Source: Pelagomonas calceolata (lineage: Eukaryota). From it: DNA of 64,000 nucleotides. The position numbers and the translations under genes are program-made. Of this stretch, positions 54,001 through 64,000 are shown piece by piece. How positions within the stretch are numbered: position 1 is the first letter of the stretch; the number at the start of each line of letters is the position of its first letter. The notes under the pieces are model-generated. The model ran no database searches and was not told where the DNA came from. It saw only the letters and a program-made list of their open reading frames with translations. Location: positions 4,650,001 through 4,714,000 of the forward strand of contig CAKKNE010000002.1 in NCBI GenBank assembly GCA_918797485.1, written 5' to 3'.

Positions 54001-57000
54001 TGGCGCGAGTACGCGCGTCTCTTCCTGAACGTTGGACCACGTCGAAGGCGTAGGGGTCCAAGGCGCCCAGCAAGCCCAGAGTGCGTAAGGCTTCTCTACA
54101 TAAACTCCAGGTCGCGTGCTGGGTGGCCAGAGGTTTATCATCCTCTCGTGTTGCTCGCGCCGCCGAGTTCTCGCAGACCACAGCTAGCACTCTAGGTAGG
54201 AGAGGGGCATGCTCTAAGTACGGAGCGACGACACATCCCGCATGGGCCGCGAGTCGTCCCAAGACACGCAAAGCTAGTTCTCGCTTCCTCGTCGAGGACC
54301 GATCTAGGAGAGCGTCAAACAATGGCGCCAGAACTTTGGGAGCGTAGACGACGTCCCTCGCTCGAGGCCCCAACACCAAAACGCATTCACCGAGCGCGTC
54401 TAGGGCCGCGCAGGCCAGGCGCGTGGGCACCCGCGCTTCGCTTTCGACGATCGGCGCATCTAACGGGCGGTAGCCGAGCGGTAGGGCGGCGACGACCGCC
54501 GCCGCGAGAGGCCAGACGGCCTTCCTCGCTCGAGGTGATTCCGCCCGCAAAGCACCGGCGGCTAATCTAGCAGCTCGTTCTCGCGAGACGGGGTCGCTTC
54601 CAGAGCACCTCAGAGCATCTAAAGCGCGCGCCAGTGCGTTTCTCACAACAGCCAAGGCCGCCCCCGGGTTCCGCGCCGCCAACCGACCGAGCAAAGCCAG
54701 GGCATCTAACTGTAAAGCACAATCTTCATCATGTAACAACAACGCTAGCGAATCGACGTGCTTCGCTCTGGCTAGATGGCCGTCGAAGCGCGGGTCGCTT
54801 CGTAAAGCTTTCACGACGCTCCGGCGAGGTGCCAAATCATCATCAGCCAACGCCACCGCTAATAGTTTGGATAGGACGTCATCGACAACAACTGCCGAAG
54901 GGCCGCAGTAGTAGTGCGGCTGCAATAACGCGTCTTCCTCCTCCTCCTCGTCGACCTCCGTGGCCTGTCGTCGCGGCGAGAACTTGGGACGGGATTGAGG
55001 CGTTCGGGGCGGCGTCCTCGAGCCCTTCCGCACGGGAGATCCCACAATAACCTCGTCCTCGTCACTTGAAGATGATTCAACGTCCTTTGTTGCGTCCGAG
55101 CCTCTCGGGAGTAGTAAGCGAGCACAAGCTCGCGCGGCGGCCGCCCGTACCAGAGGAGACGGCGCCTGGAGGTAGGGCGCCACCGTGTCCCGCGCCAGAG
55201 GCAGCAAGCAGGCCCGCGTATCCAATTCGAAGGACGCCAGCGTCTTCAAGGAGAGGAGGACGACCGTCTCGTCGACACCAGATAAAGCCCGCTCGAAGGC
55301 CGAGCCCTCCTTTTCACTGGTGGAGGGCCGGCGCCAGCCCGGAGGCGCGAAGCGTTTGGAAGGTTCCAGGCCGGCGACCAACGTCTCGAGCAGTCTGGCT
55401 CGGACCGCGGACCTTCTCGAAGGCACGGCCCTCGCGATGACGTCCAACGCGTTTATGAGCGGCTCCGACAGTCCTGAACGAAATAAGGCATCTAATAATT
55501 GATCGGCTTCGGACGCCGGGACGTCCTCGCCCAGCGCTTCAAACACATCAGCGACGCAGGCCACGACCACCGCTCGGCGCTTGTCCATGGTCCGCGCGAC
55601 GACGACGCCATTGGTAGAATGACCATTTGACACCCCAAGAGCGATGGATCGTAACTCGGGCGCCAGGGCGTTGTCCACGCTCTGCACCTTCGGAGTTTTG
55701 GGCGGCGACGAGGCCTGCCTCCTATAAAACGGCCAGGCGGCATGGACGCCGTGCAAGGGTCGCTCTTCTCGTGTCAATGGTGCATCCAAACAGTGGTCCC
55801 GCACGACAGCCACCAATTCCGGGAGAGCGGGCCGCAAGCGGTGCTGCACAGCCAACGCTAGTCGGCCAATCGACACATACGCCGCGTCCCTCAAAGCGTC
55901 GTCATCCCTAGACTTCCCGGGCTTCTTGGCCGTCTCCAGTAGATGTTGGGTAGCCCCACCTAGATAAATTCTAGAAAAGGCCTCGGGCTGGTATTGCGCT
56001 AATCGAGGTAACAGGTCCGTCACCGCCCTTCGAACACGTACGGACGAGTGGTCCCGCAAGGCGAGAGCCGCATCACAAGCCTCCCGGAATCGCGGCGTCA
56101 TGAACTCGCCCGCATGATCTAACAAAGCACCTATACTCAATAAAGCGCCGTGGGCCGCGGCTTCGCGTTGCGCACTCGTAAGGTACTTGGCCGGCGGTGT
56201 TGAGGTCGGAGTCATGGAGTGCCTTCTCTGTAAAGAAGGCTCGTCGTCGTCTTTGGTCGGCGTAAATAAGCGTTTGATGGAAGACCAGGGCGTCTCCTCC
56301 TCGACGGGGGCGGGCGTCGGCGTGGCGAAGAAGGCCTTGGTCTCGTCCTCGCTGACCAGGTCGGCGAGCGTCGGCGTCGGTAAGGAGCGTCTCCTTGCTT
56401 TCCGGCCGGCCTCGACGTACTTTTCTAGTGCTCTATGGGCCTTCTGGTAGATGGCGCAGTAGTAGCCCGAGTTGAAGGCCGGTCGCGCGGCGACGAGTTC
56501 GAGCGCGGCCGCGAGGGCGCTTGCGGCCGCGTCCCTGACATCTGGATGAGAGACGTCCACCACGGCCGGCCAGATCTTCTCGAAGAAGTCTCGGACCTGC
56601 GGTCGCGTCGTTAGCATGAAAACGTCGAGTGTTTGACGCTGGGGCCGCACCCGCGCGTAGAATAAGGTCGGCGCATGGCGCGCAAGCTCCCTGAGCACCA
56701 AGCAAGCGGCGAGTCGTTTCCGCGAATAGCGAGACCGTTTCTCCAGCGGCTCGTCGAGCCAAGCCAGAGCTCTAGACACTTCTACTTCCACGTGGGCGGA
56801 AGACGAGGCCGGGCCGCGCCGCGCCAACCGACCGAGGGCGGCGGCGCAGCGAGTGACGAATTCTCGCCGCGCGTCGTTCTCCTTGAGGGCACCTGAAGGT
56901 CGATCCCCCTCACAGCACCGTCGCAAGGCCGACGAGAGGACGTCGGCGAACTTGCTGCCCTTCCCTTCCGGCTCCGCAGAGGGGGCGCCGATCAGCGCTT

Positions 57001-57265
57001 CGAGCGCGGCGACGCCGCCGAGCCGGTTCTCCAGCGTTCGGCCGTGGTGGACGGCTCGAAATAATGCACCGTATAATTCATCTTCAAATCTACCAAAGGT
57101 CTCACCGGACGTCTCTCGCGCAGCCCTCGCAACGACGCGCCGCAGCTGATAAGCGGCTTGCAGGCGGTCGGGCTCGCTGCGCGCCTCCAGTAGCGCTCGC
57201 AACGACTCGCGCTCGTGCGGCTCGAGGACGTCGAGGGGCGGCGGCGCCTCCTTGGTGGTCAGCAT
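48016..57265 (-). CDS. TOR: Target of rapamycin kinase; introns 49100-49211 and probably 56597-56650
   Basis: HEAT repeats, FAT ([10 protein letters not shown]), FRB ([27 protein letters not shown]), kinase ([30 protein letters not shown]), FATC ([19 protein letters not shown]). Confidence 0.97.
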
Positions 57266-57501
57266 TGTTTTTCAATGCGTGTGCTAGGTCCGCGCGTTCG
57301 CTGGCGCGGGCCGCGTTTGTGGTGCTGCTGCACTCAGTGGCTTTTTTTTTGGGTTGCGCTTGTGCAGGTTTCTGCAGGCTTCGCGAATTAGTGTGCAGTC
57401 TTCAGCGCAATGTTCGCATAAATAATAGCAACTTCATTTCGCCGCGGGCACTGTAGCAGGGCACAGCTGCGCACAAAAGTGCAGCCCGAGTGCGATGCTT
57501 G

Positions 57502-57589
57502 CTAGTGTCTTACAGCTAGCGGGATCCTAACGCGCGGGAAGCCCTGGAAGCCGCGTGAGATCAGCTAGCGGCTTGGAAGAAGACACTAG
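57502..57589. promoter_or_regulatory. Two inverted copies of the CTAGTG..(C)GCTAG element upstream of TOR
   Basis: CTAGTGTCTTACAGCTAG (57502-57519) and reverse-strand CTAGTGTCTTCTTCCAAGCCGCTAG (57565-57589). Confidence 0.6.
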
Positions 57590-57690
57590 GGATAGGCGAG
57601 CCTTAGATCGCTTGATCGTGACTGGGGAACGGGTCTTATGTCGTACGCGCGCCATACCTAAGGCGGCCCTTGTGGAGGAGAAATCTGCGT

Positions 57691-59055
57691 TCACACGCGG
57701 TCCTCGTTGTGCGGGGAAGGGGGGACGACGGGCCGCGGCGCCGACGCGGTCCAGACGAGGGAGTTCGGGCTCTTGCTGGAGGAGCCGCCGAGGCTCGAGT
57801 CGCGGGTCAGCGCTTGCGGCAGGGATCTCGACGTCGACAGCGGCGAGAGCCCATGATTCTGGGTGTCCGACGATGAATGGCGAAAGTTCTTCGTCGAGCG
57901 CGACAGCGAAGACCGCAACGACGAGAGCATGGACGGCCGCGCGGCGCTCCGCGCGACGCTCCTTCCGCGCTGCGCGACGCGCGGGAGACCGCTCGTGCCC
58001 GGCCGAAAGTCCGGCGTCGGCTTGTTTCGTATCTCGTCGCCCGGGAACGACGCGTCCAAATCTTCGTAGTAAACCACTGCCTCGACGAGATCACCAAAGA
58101 GAACACGCTCCTCCGGCTCCCCGTCGGCGACGGTGAATTTCGCCGTGGCGTCGGTCGTCCAATAAACACAGGTCGGGTCTGCGGTGCACGCTTCGCAGCA
58201 TTGCCGCGGCTTGTAGCCCCGGTTCCGAGCGCGCGGAGAGTTAATGTCGAAGCGCACCGGGCCTACTTCCGAGCACGCGCCGGGCGCGGCCGTGCAGTTG
58301 CCGGGCGCGCGGGAGTAGCTCGGGTCGCGGACGCAGGAGAGCTCGTCGACGAGGAAACTGCCTTGAGCCGTCTCGCCGGGCGCGCCGTGCATCCCTGCAC
58401 CTATACGCCAGCGCCGTATATCGCTCGCGTCGAGGATCGTGCCCGCCCTGCCTATATCGACGAACGGGTCTACACTCCGCGAGCCGCCCGAGCACAGCTC
58501 GACGAGGAGCGTCTGCCACTCGCCAGTCACTTCGTCGAGAACGAAGCCGTTGCCCCAGAGGAAGAAGGCGAGCGGCTCGCCGTCGCTCGGCGGACCACCC
58601 GGTCCGCCTCCCGGCGGTCCTCCGCCCGGCGGGCCATCGCCCGGCGGACCGCTCGGTTGGAGGCGACGCGCTGGTGGGCCCGCGTCTTCATCGTCCCCGA
58701 TCTTCGTCTGGACACCGATGCGCAGGTGGACGGAGCCGGGCAGCGTCGACGCGTTGACGACCTTGTAGCGGAGGGCCACGTGCGTCGCGCCGGCGCATGC
58801 GAACGTGGTGCTGTTTGGCGCGAACCGCTCGACGAAAACGCCGGCCGGTCCCGCGGCTGGCATCTTGTATTCGTACTCGAGACGCAGAGTACCATCGGCG
58901 GCGCTCGCTATATCGAGATTTCCCGGCGAAAATGGGCCTGGCGGGGCCATCATATCCAGCGCATCGGCTGAGCCGTCAAACGCCTCGAGGATAGAAACGA
59001 GCTCCGGGGCCGCCGCGGCCGCGCCGGCGAGTGAGAGCAGGAGGAGCGTCGTCAT
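57691..59055 (-). CDS. Putative secreted protein (carbohydrate-binding-like region, Gly/Pro insert, PAN/apple-like Cys motif); 3' structure uncertain
   Basis: Signal peptide MTTLLLLSLAGAAAA; GEWQTLLVEL..GSFLVDEL; CCEACTADPTCVYW. Confidence 0.5.
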   Translation of the reverse strand: MTTLLLLSLAGAAAAAPELVSILEAFDGSADALDMMAPPGPFSPGNLDIASAADGTLRLEYEYKMPAAGPAGVFVERFAPNSTTFACAGATHVALRYKVVNASTLPGSVHLRIGVQTKIGDDEDAGPPARRLQPSGPPGDGPPGGGPPGGGPGGPPSDGEPLAFFLWGNGFVLDEVTGEWQTLLVELCSGGSRSVDPFVDIGRAGTILDASDIRRWRIGAGMHGAPGETAQGSFLVDELSCVRDPSYSRAPGNCTAAPGACSEVGPVRFDINSPRARNRGYKPRQCCEACTADPTCVYWTTDATAKFTVADGEPEERVLFGDLVEAVVYYEDLDASFPGDEIRNKPTPDFRPGTSGLPRVAQRGRSVARSAARPSMLSSLRSSLSRSTKNFRHSSSDTQNHGLSPLSTSRSLPQALTRDSSLGGSSSKSPNSLVWTASAPRPVVPPSPHNEDRV

Positions 59056-59351
59056 CGTCGCCGACTCGTCTCGTCGTCGCGCGGCTTGGAATTCAGAGCA
59101 GTTTATCCTCTCGGCCGAGTGAAACCACTTCTCCGTGCGTGGGTGAAAACCCTATCGGGGGGCGCCTCGCGTCAGGATCCGCACTGCAATTGCACTGGAA
59201 ATTCCAGCTCAAGGTCCGTGAGGAGATCGATTGCCGGGATTTCAAGAGCGAGAGGCGAGCTCTGTGGGGCGGAAAGCGCCGTTTACGCGTAACTATGCTA
59301 CAAACTCGCACTGAGCCTTTTCAGGGCCTCCCGAGAGCTCCAGGGAGCTTG

Positions 59352-59373
59352 CTAGTGTCTTACAGGCCGCTAG
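59352..59373. promoter_or_regulatory. CTAGTG..CGCTAG element, exact consensus
   Basis: CTAGTGTCTTACAGGCCGCTAG, about 300 bp upstream of start 59055(-). Confidence 0.6.
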
Positions 59374-59515
59374 GTGCGGGATCAGCGCTGGTGCCGTTGA
59401 CGCCGCGCCCCGGGTACGGTATCTCCCCCGAGGCTGGCCGTCTTGACGCCAGACGAGACGATTTTCTGGGACGTATGCCCCCCCCACGCCGTCGAGCCGA
59501 CGCGATAGGACAACT

Positions 59516-60742
59516 TTAGATCCAGTCCCCCTGCCTCAATTTGCGCGGCAAATAGACCTTCGTGACGAACTGGAAGCCGAAGGCCGAGAGCGCCTGGATC
59601 TCGGCCTTTTGCTTCGTCTGGAGCATCCGCTCCAACTCCCGCACCCAGGCGGGATTCTTCAGGACGAACTCCTCCTTTAGTAATTGTTTGCCCATGTCGA
59701 TGTCCTTCTGGGTCATGGGCAGTCGGCATTGATCGGGGAGAGCATAGGCGTCGAGATCGGACGGCCTTAACCCGAGCCACTTGATATCTGGTGTAGTTAA
59801 CGAAGCGGAGTCGTAGGACATGGCCTTCGATCCCGACATGTACACGGATAAGATTTTCAGTCCATAGGGATCCGAGTCCACAAATGCCAAGACAGGTATC
59901 TTGAGCTCCTGTTTGAGTCGAGATAAAAACATCCTCGTAGCGACGTCAGGTTGACCTTTCCCCGTAATCAAGATGCAGGGGAACTGGTTATAAAATCGAT
60001 CCTCGGCTAAGCGATTGTAGGCCGCGTCCTTTTCTACCAGCAATACGAACTCCGCGTCTGATCGTATCTCGGTGATCTTGTCGATGTACGCGGGAATCGC
60101 CTTGCCCGTCACGCCCATGCGCGTGCAATCAATGAGGTCGCCGTCCTCGCGAAACTGCAAGCGACCCACGACCAACCCCTTGTCCGCGGCGACCACGTTC
60201 AGACAAGATCGGGGGCAGCCGATCATGCACGCGGCGTCGTCCAAAACCGCGTCACTTTCTTCCTGCTTCTTGAACAGTTTCACGTCCGTATAAAACAAGT
60301 CGCGCTTCGTCACATGAATCCCCTTCGTCGTGACTTCATGCACGAGTGACAAGACGCGGGTCATGATCGCGGTCTTCCGCACCTGGCTCACGTTCGCGAA
60401 GGACCTTTCTGAGGTGTTCTGCTTGAGCACAATACGATCGAGTTCGGGCACGTAGTGCTGGTTGCCCGCCGCTCGTGAGGGAACGTCGAATTTGAACGAG
60501 TTGCCCGCTAATATCGACTCGGCGCACTTCAGGAACAAGTCGTGGATCTCCTTGGCGACCTTGTCGCCCGTCATTTCTTTCACAACTCTATACGCCGACA
60601 AATCGACGGTCGACTCGTCGATCGGTTTCTGCTTGTCTAGTAACGCTTTGCAGCGCCGCACTTCTTTGAGGACGATCTCGGGGTCGAGGATCTCGTTTTC
60701 CAGGGGTCGTTGCTGGCGGGCTTTCTTCTTCTTGGGCGCCAT
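59516..60742 (-). CDS. TOP6A: DNA topoisomerase VI subunit A (SPO11-3 type)
   Basis: [63 protein letters not shown]. Confidence 0.95.
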   Translation of the reverse strand: MAPKKKKARQQRPLENEILDPEIVLKEVRRCKALLDKQKPIDESTVDLSAYRVVKEMTGDKVAKEIHDLFLKCAESILAGNSFKFDVPSRAAGNQHYVPELDRIVLKQNTSERSFANVSQVRKTAIMTRVLSLVHEVTTKGIHVTKRDLFYTDVKLFKKQEESDAVLDDAACMIGCPRSCLNVVAADKGLVVGRLQFREDGDLIDCTRMGVTGKAIPAYIDKITEIRSDAEFVLLVEKDAAYNRLAEDRFYNQFPCILITGKGQPDVATRMFLSRLKQELKIPVLAFVDSDPYGLKILSVYMSGSKAMSYDSASLTTPDIKWLGLRPSDLDAYALPDQCRLPMTQKDIDMGKQLLKEEFVLKNPAWVRELERMLQTKQKAEIQALSAFGFQFVTKVYLPRKLRQGDWI

Positions 60743-60945
60743 GGCTCCTTGCGCTGGCTCCCGCGCGCTGCGCTGTCGGATGCTCTTTTGGCTCTGCAGA
60801 GGCAGAGGTGCTCTGTTGGCCTCTGACGGCCGAACGCCTCGCTTATGCCGCAACGCGCGCTGGCGACAGGCTGGCGGGCGTCCACTACGCAATTGATTGG
60901 TGCCGCAGGGCACTCTATCCACTGTTTTTGCGCTGCGCGCGAGCA

Positions 60946-60980
60946 CTGCTTGCTAGCGGTTCTAACACACTAGCAAGCAG
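60946..60980. promoter_or_regulatory. Extended palindromic copy of the element in the TOP6A/HO1 divergent promoter
   Basis: CTGCTTGCTAG-CGGTTCTAACACA-CTAGCAAGCAG, with perfect 11-bp arms. Confidence 0.6.
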
Positions 60981-61096
60981 CCCAGGGTCGAGCAATCTGC
61001 GTGGGCAGGGCCATACGTGGCTTAGTGCACGCACAATCGTAGCAGTTTACGACCATATATCCTGCGCACCCGCTGCAGCCGCTTGTGTGGATCAAA

Positions 61097-61989
61097 ATGC
61101 GTTTATTCATCACCGCTGGCCTGCTGAGTCAATGCACGGCTCTCTTAGCGCCACGCATAACGCGCAGTGTTGCACCGTTGCGAGCCGCAGCCACGGAGGA
61201 GGCGGCGAATCCTCGAACTTTCGGGCTAGCACTAGAGTTAGATGACGGCACGCGCAAGGTCCACTCGGTGGCCGAAAACACGCAGTCCGCATCAGTGTGA
61301 TTGTTTGCGACAGCTCCACGCCATCGACGCGAGCCCCGTTCACCGGTAATTCTTCACGCAGGTTCGTGGCCGGCTTCTTCAAGGGCCTCGGCCAGCGCGA
61401 GTCCTTCGCCCAGCTGACGACCTCGTTCTACTTTGTGTATGAGGCGATGGAGCGGGCCCTCGACACGCTCGACTGCCCGACTTTAAAGGCTCTAGATTTT
61501 CCCGAGCTGCGGCGCTTGCCCGGTCTCGAGCGCGACATGGCGTTCTACTACGGCGCCGACTGGCGGAGCAAGATCAAGCCGTCGCCGGCGACGCGCAAGT
61601 ACGTAGCGCAGATCGAGAAAGTCGCTTCCGGCGACGAGCCTGAGCTGCTCGTCGGCCACCTCTACTCGCGGTACCTCGGCGATTTGTTCGGCGGGCAGAT
61701 GATGAGTGGCATGGCGGTCAAAACGTTGGGCGAAGCCGTGGGCGACGGCAGCGGCGGCCTGGCCTTCTACGAGTTCGACGCGATCCCCGATTCGAAGGCG
61801 TTCATCACGGACTGGTACACGGCGCTCAACGCGCTCGACCTCGCCGAGGCGACGCGCGCGGACATCGTCGAGGAGGCGAACGTCGTCTTCCGGCTCAACA
61901 TCGAGGTCTTCAACGAGCTCGAGGGCAGCGCCATCGGGAGCGCGCTCCGGCTGGCGCTGTCGACGCTGAAGGAGAAGCTGTTCGGGTAA
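61097..61989 (+). CDS. HO1: Heme oxygenase (cyanobacterial/plastid HO1 type), probably plastid-targeted; intron 61285-61361
   Basis: GTRKVHSVAENTQ-FVAGFFKG, YFVYEAME, HLYSRYLGDLFGGQ, EEANVVFRLN; bipartite-like presequence. Confidence 0.93.
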
Positions 61990-62250
61990 TACTGTGTATG
62001 TAGAGGTACGGCGGGTAGTTGGTGGCGGCAGCCGCGACGAGCCTAAGAACGTGCGGGTTTCAGAGCGAGAGCAGTATTCGCAGGGAGACCAGTCACAAGC
62101 GCCTCCCCGACAGATCTTTTTTCGGGGGCGCCGCCCCGCGCGCGTTTCTCTAGTAGCTTTTGGCCGGCGCTGTTGATTGTGGCGCTGCGATTGGTCGGGA
62201 GGGCACGGTTCCGGGGGCGAGGAGTCGTGCGCCGGGCCTTCGTTTGCTTG

Positions 62251-62272
62251 CTAGTGTCTTACAGGCCGCTAG
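62251..62272. promoter_or_regulatory. CTAGTG..CGCTAG element, exact consensus
   Basis: CTAGTGTCTTACAGGCCGCTAG, about 160 bp upstream of ATG 62433. Confidence 0.6.
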
Positions 62273-62432
62273 CTAAAGCGCTCTCGCAACCAAAAACGAG
62301 CTGTACTTGGCTTCGTGGGCAGCATCGGTGGTGATTTCTCGGTTTAAGCCCGCTGATTGATTGACGCAGCTGCCGTACAATTTGCCTGCGCTGTGCAGTA
62401 CTGCACTGAGGCAAAACAACACCGCGCTGCCA

Positions 62433-64000
62433 ATGGACAAGGAAACAGCGGAGGCGCTGACGAGAACGAAGGCGCTCTACGACGCCGCCGCGGTGCTAGA
62501 GACGTCGCACCCTCGCGCAGCGAAGCGGTGGTGACGCAAACGCAACACCGACACCACAAAAACCAAACAGGCAACATTGGTGGCGGACGCTCTGCATGGC
62601 CTCCTTGGCGGCGGCCCTGGCGCCGCCGCCGCCGGTGCGTATTGGTTATGTGACGGACATCGAGGGGAACCTCGACTATTTCCGCCGCTACGTGCGCGCG
62701 TCGGGCGTGCTGCGCTTCGACGACGACGCGGAGACGGAGCTGCGCTTCGCGGACGACGGCTGCAGATTCGTCTTCGGCGGCGACGCGGTCGACAAGGGCG
62801 ACGGCGACGTGCGCCTCTGCCGCATGCTCGCGGACCTGAGCGACCGCTACGGCCGGGACCGCGTCGCCCTGCTCGTCGGCAACCGCGACCTGAACAAGCT
62901 CCGCTTCACGGCGGAGCTGTCGCCGGAGGCGCTCGCGACGCCGCCGGAGGCCGTGCCCGGGCCGCACTGGGACGACGCAGCGCCCCGGCTCGCGGACTAC
63001 CTCAAGTCGAAGAGCCTCGACGACTCGCGGGCGAACCGGCTCCGGTGGATGCTCGAGCACACGCTCGGCTGCCCCGGGACCTTCGAGTTCCGGAGGGCGG
63101 AGCTGAAGCAACTACGAAACGGGGCCGACGTGACGGACGACGACGTCGTCGACTCGTGCGTCGGCGAAGTGCTCCCCGGCGGCGCGCTCCGCGCCTACCT
63201 CGAGCGCGCGTCCGTCGCGGCGCGGTTCGGCTCGACGCTCTTCGTCCACGGCGCCGTCGACGCGCAGACCGCCGGCTTCGTGCCCGATAAAAACACGCGC
63301 TTCCGCGTCGGGAGGCACGGCGACGCGGGCTTCCCGCCGACGAAAAGCTTCATGGGCGAGCGCGACGTCGACGCCTGGGTCCGCGACCTCAACGCGCTCC
63401 TCGCCTGGGGCCTCGAGGACCACCTGGCGCGGCCGACGTTCGCCGCCGACGGCTCGCGCGGCGGCGACTGCCTCCTCGCGCTGCAGAACCGCTGCGCCGT
63501 CTGGGGCCGATCCGTCGTGTCCAACTGCTACGCCGACGGCGGCAACGTCGACTCAAGATCCGCGATGACGCGGCGCGCGCGGATCTGGGCCGCGGTCCGC
63601 GAGGGCGCGTCGACGGGCGCCTACGACGCGCGCGCGTTCGAGGCGTCGACCAAATACACGTCGGACGCTAGGGACCCGGCGGTCCACGCCTGGCTCCGGC
63701 GCTCCGGCGTGAAACGCGTCGTCGTCGGCCACCGGCCCGTCGGCGACTCGCCCGCGCTGCTGCGGGCGGCGGCCGGCGGCGTCGAGGTCGTCATGGCCGA
63801 CACGTCCTTCGCGGACGTCGCCGCGCCGGACAAGCGCGGCGCGAGCCTGGTCGTCGCGACCTTCGAGGGCGACGACCTCGAGCGCACGGCGACGCGCATC
63901 GTCGGGTCGCGCGCGGACGGGGCGAGCTACGAGGTCCGGGTCCCCGCGCCCGGCGACGACGCGGACGCGGACGACGTCCTCGGCACGGTCGACGCCGACG
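62433..64000 (+). CDS. Calcineurin-like metallophosphoesterase, runs off the window; possible short intron 62531-62570 (alternative start 62596)
   Basis: Not in the supplied ORF track. YVTDIEGN, FGGDAVDKG, LVGNRDLNK, LFVHGA, VVGHRPVGD. Confidence 0.8.

Noticed and set aside
59516..60742. Meiotic SPO11-1/2 call
   Set aside because: The PELDRIVLK signature indicates the TOP6A/SPO11-3 paralog.

Overview
GC-rich, very gene-dense eukaryotic nuclear DNA with short spliceosomal introns. It is most consistent with a pelagophyte alga (Pelagomonas/Aureococcus-like); this is inferred from the introner structure, GC-AG introns, plastid-targeted TyrP/HO1 and DUF285 surface proteins. About 30 protein genes are supported, including TOR, a BIG-type Sec7 ARF-GEF, TOP6A/SPO11-3, eIF2-beta, RPLP2, NUP107, CD2BP2, YIP1, MPP6, LOG, an ABC1 kinase, a heme oxygenase and a DEDDh-like exonuclease. 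Two non-coding systems stand out. (1) A family of intron-generating DNA transposons (introners) with 15-bp TIRs and 8-bp GT-starting target-site duplications, seen in 4 clear copies and 1 aged copy; its internal 15-mer ACGCCATCGACGCGA also recurs in introns that have lost TIR/TSD. (2) A dispersed ~22-bp imperfect palindrome CTAGTG-N(6-13)-CGCTAG (consensus CTAGTGTCTTACAGGCCGCTAG) found about 14 times, almost always 60-300 bp upstream of a start codon and often in divergent promoters; it is a candidate undescribed promoter element. Also notable are a TGATG stop/start-coupled ORF pair, several unusual domain architectures, and several abrupt gene truncations or frameshifts that may be assembly artefacts. 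All calls are by eye; no searches were run.
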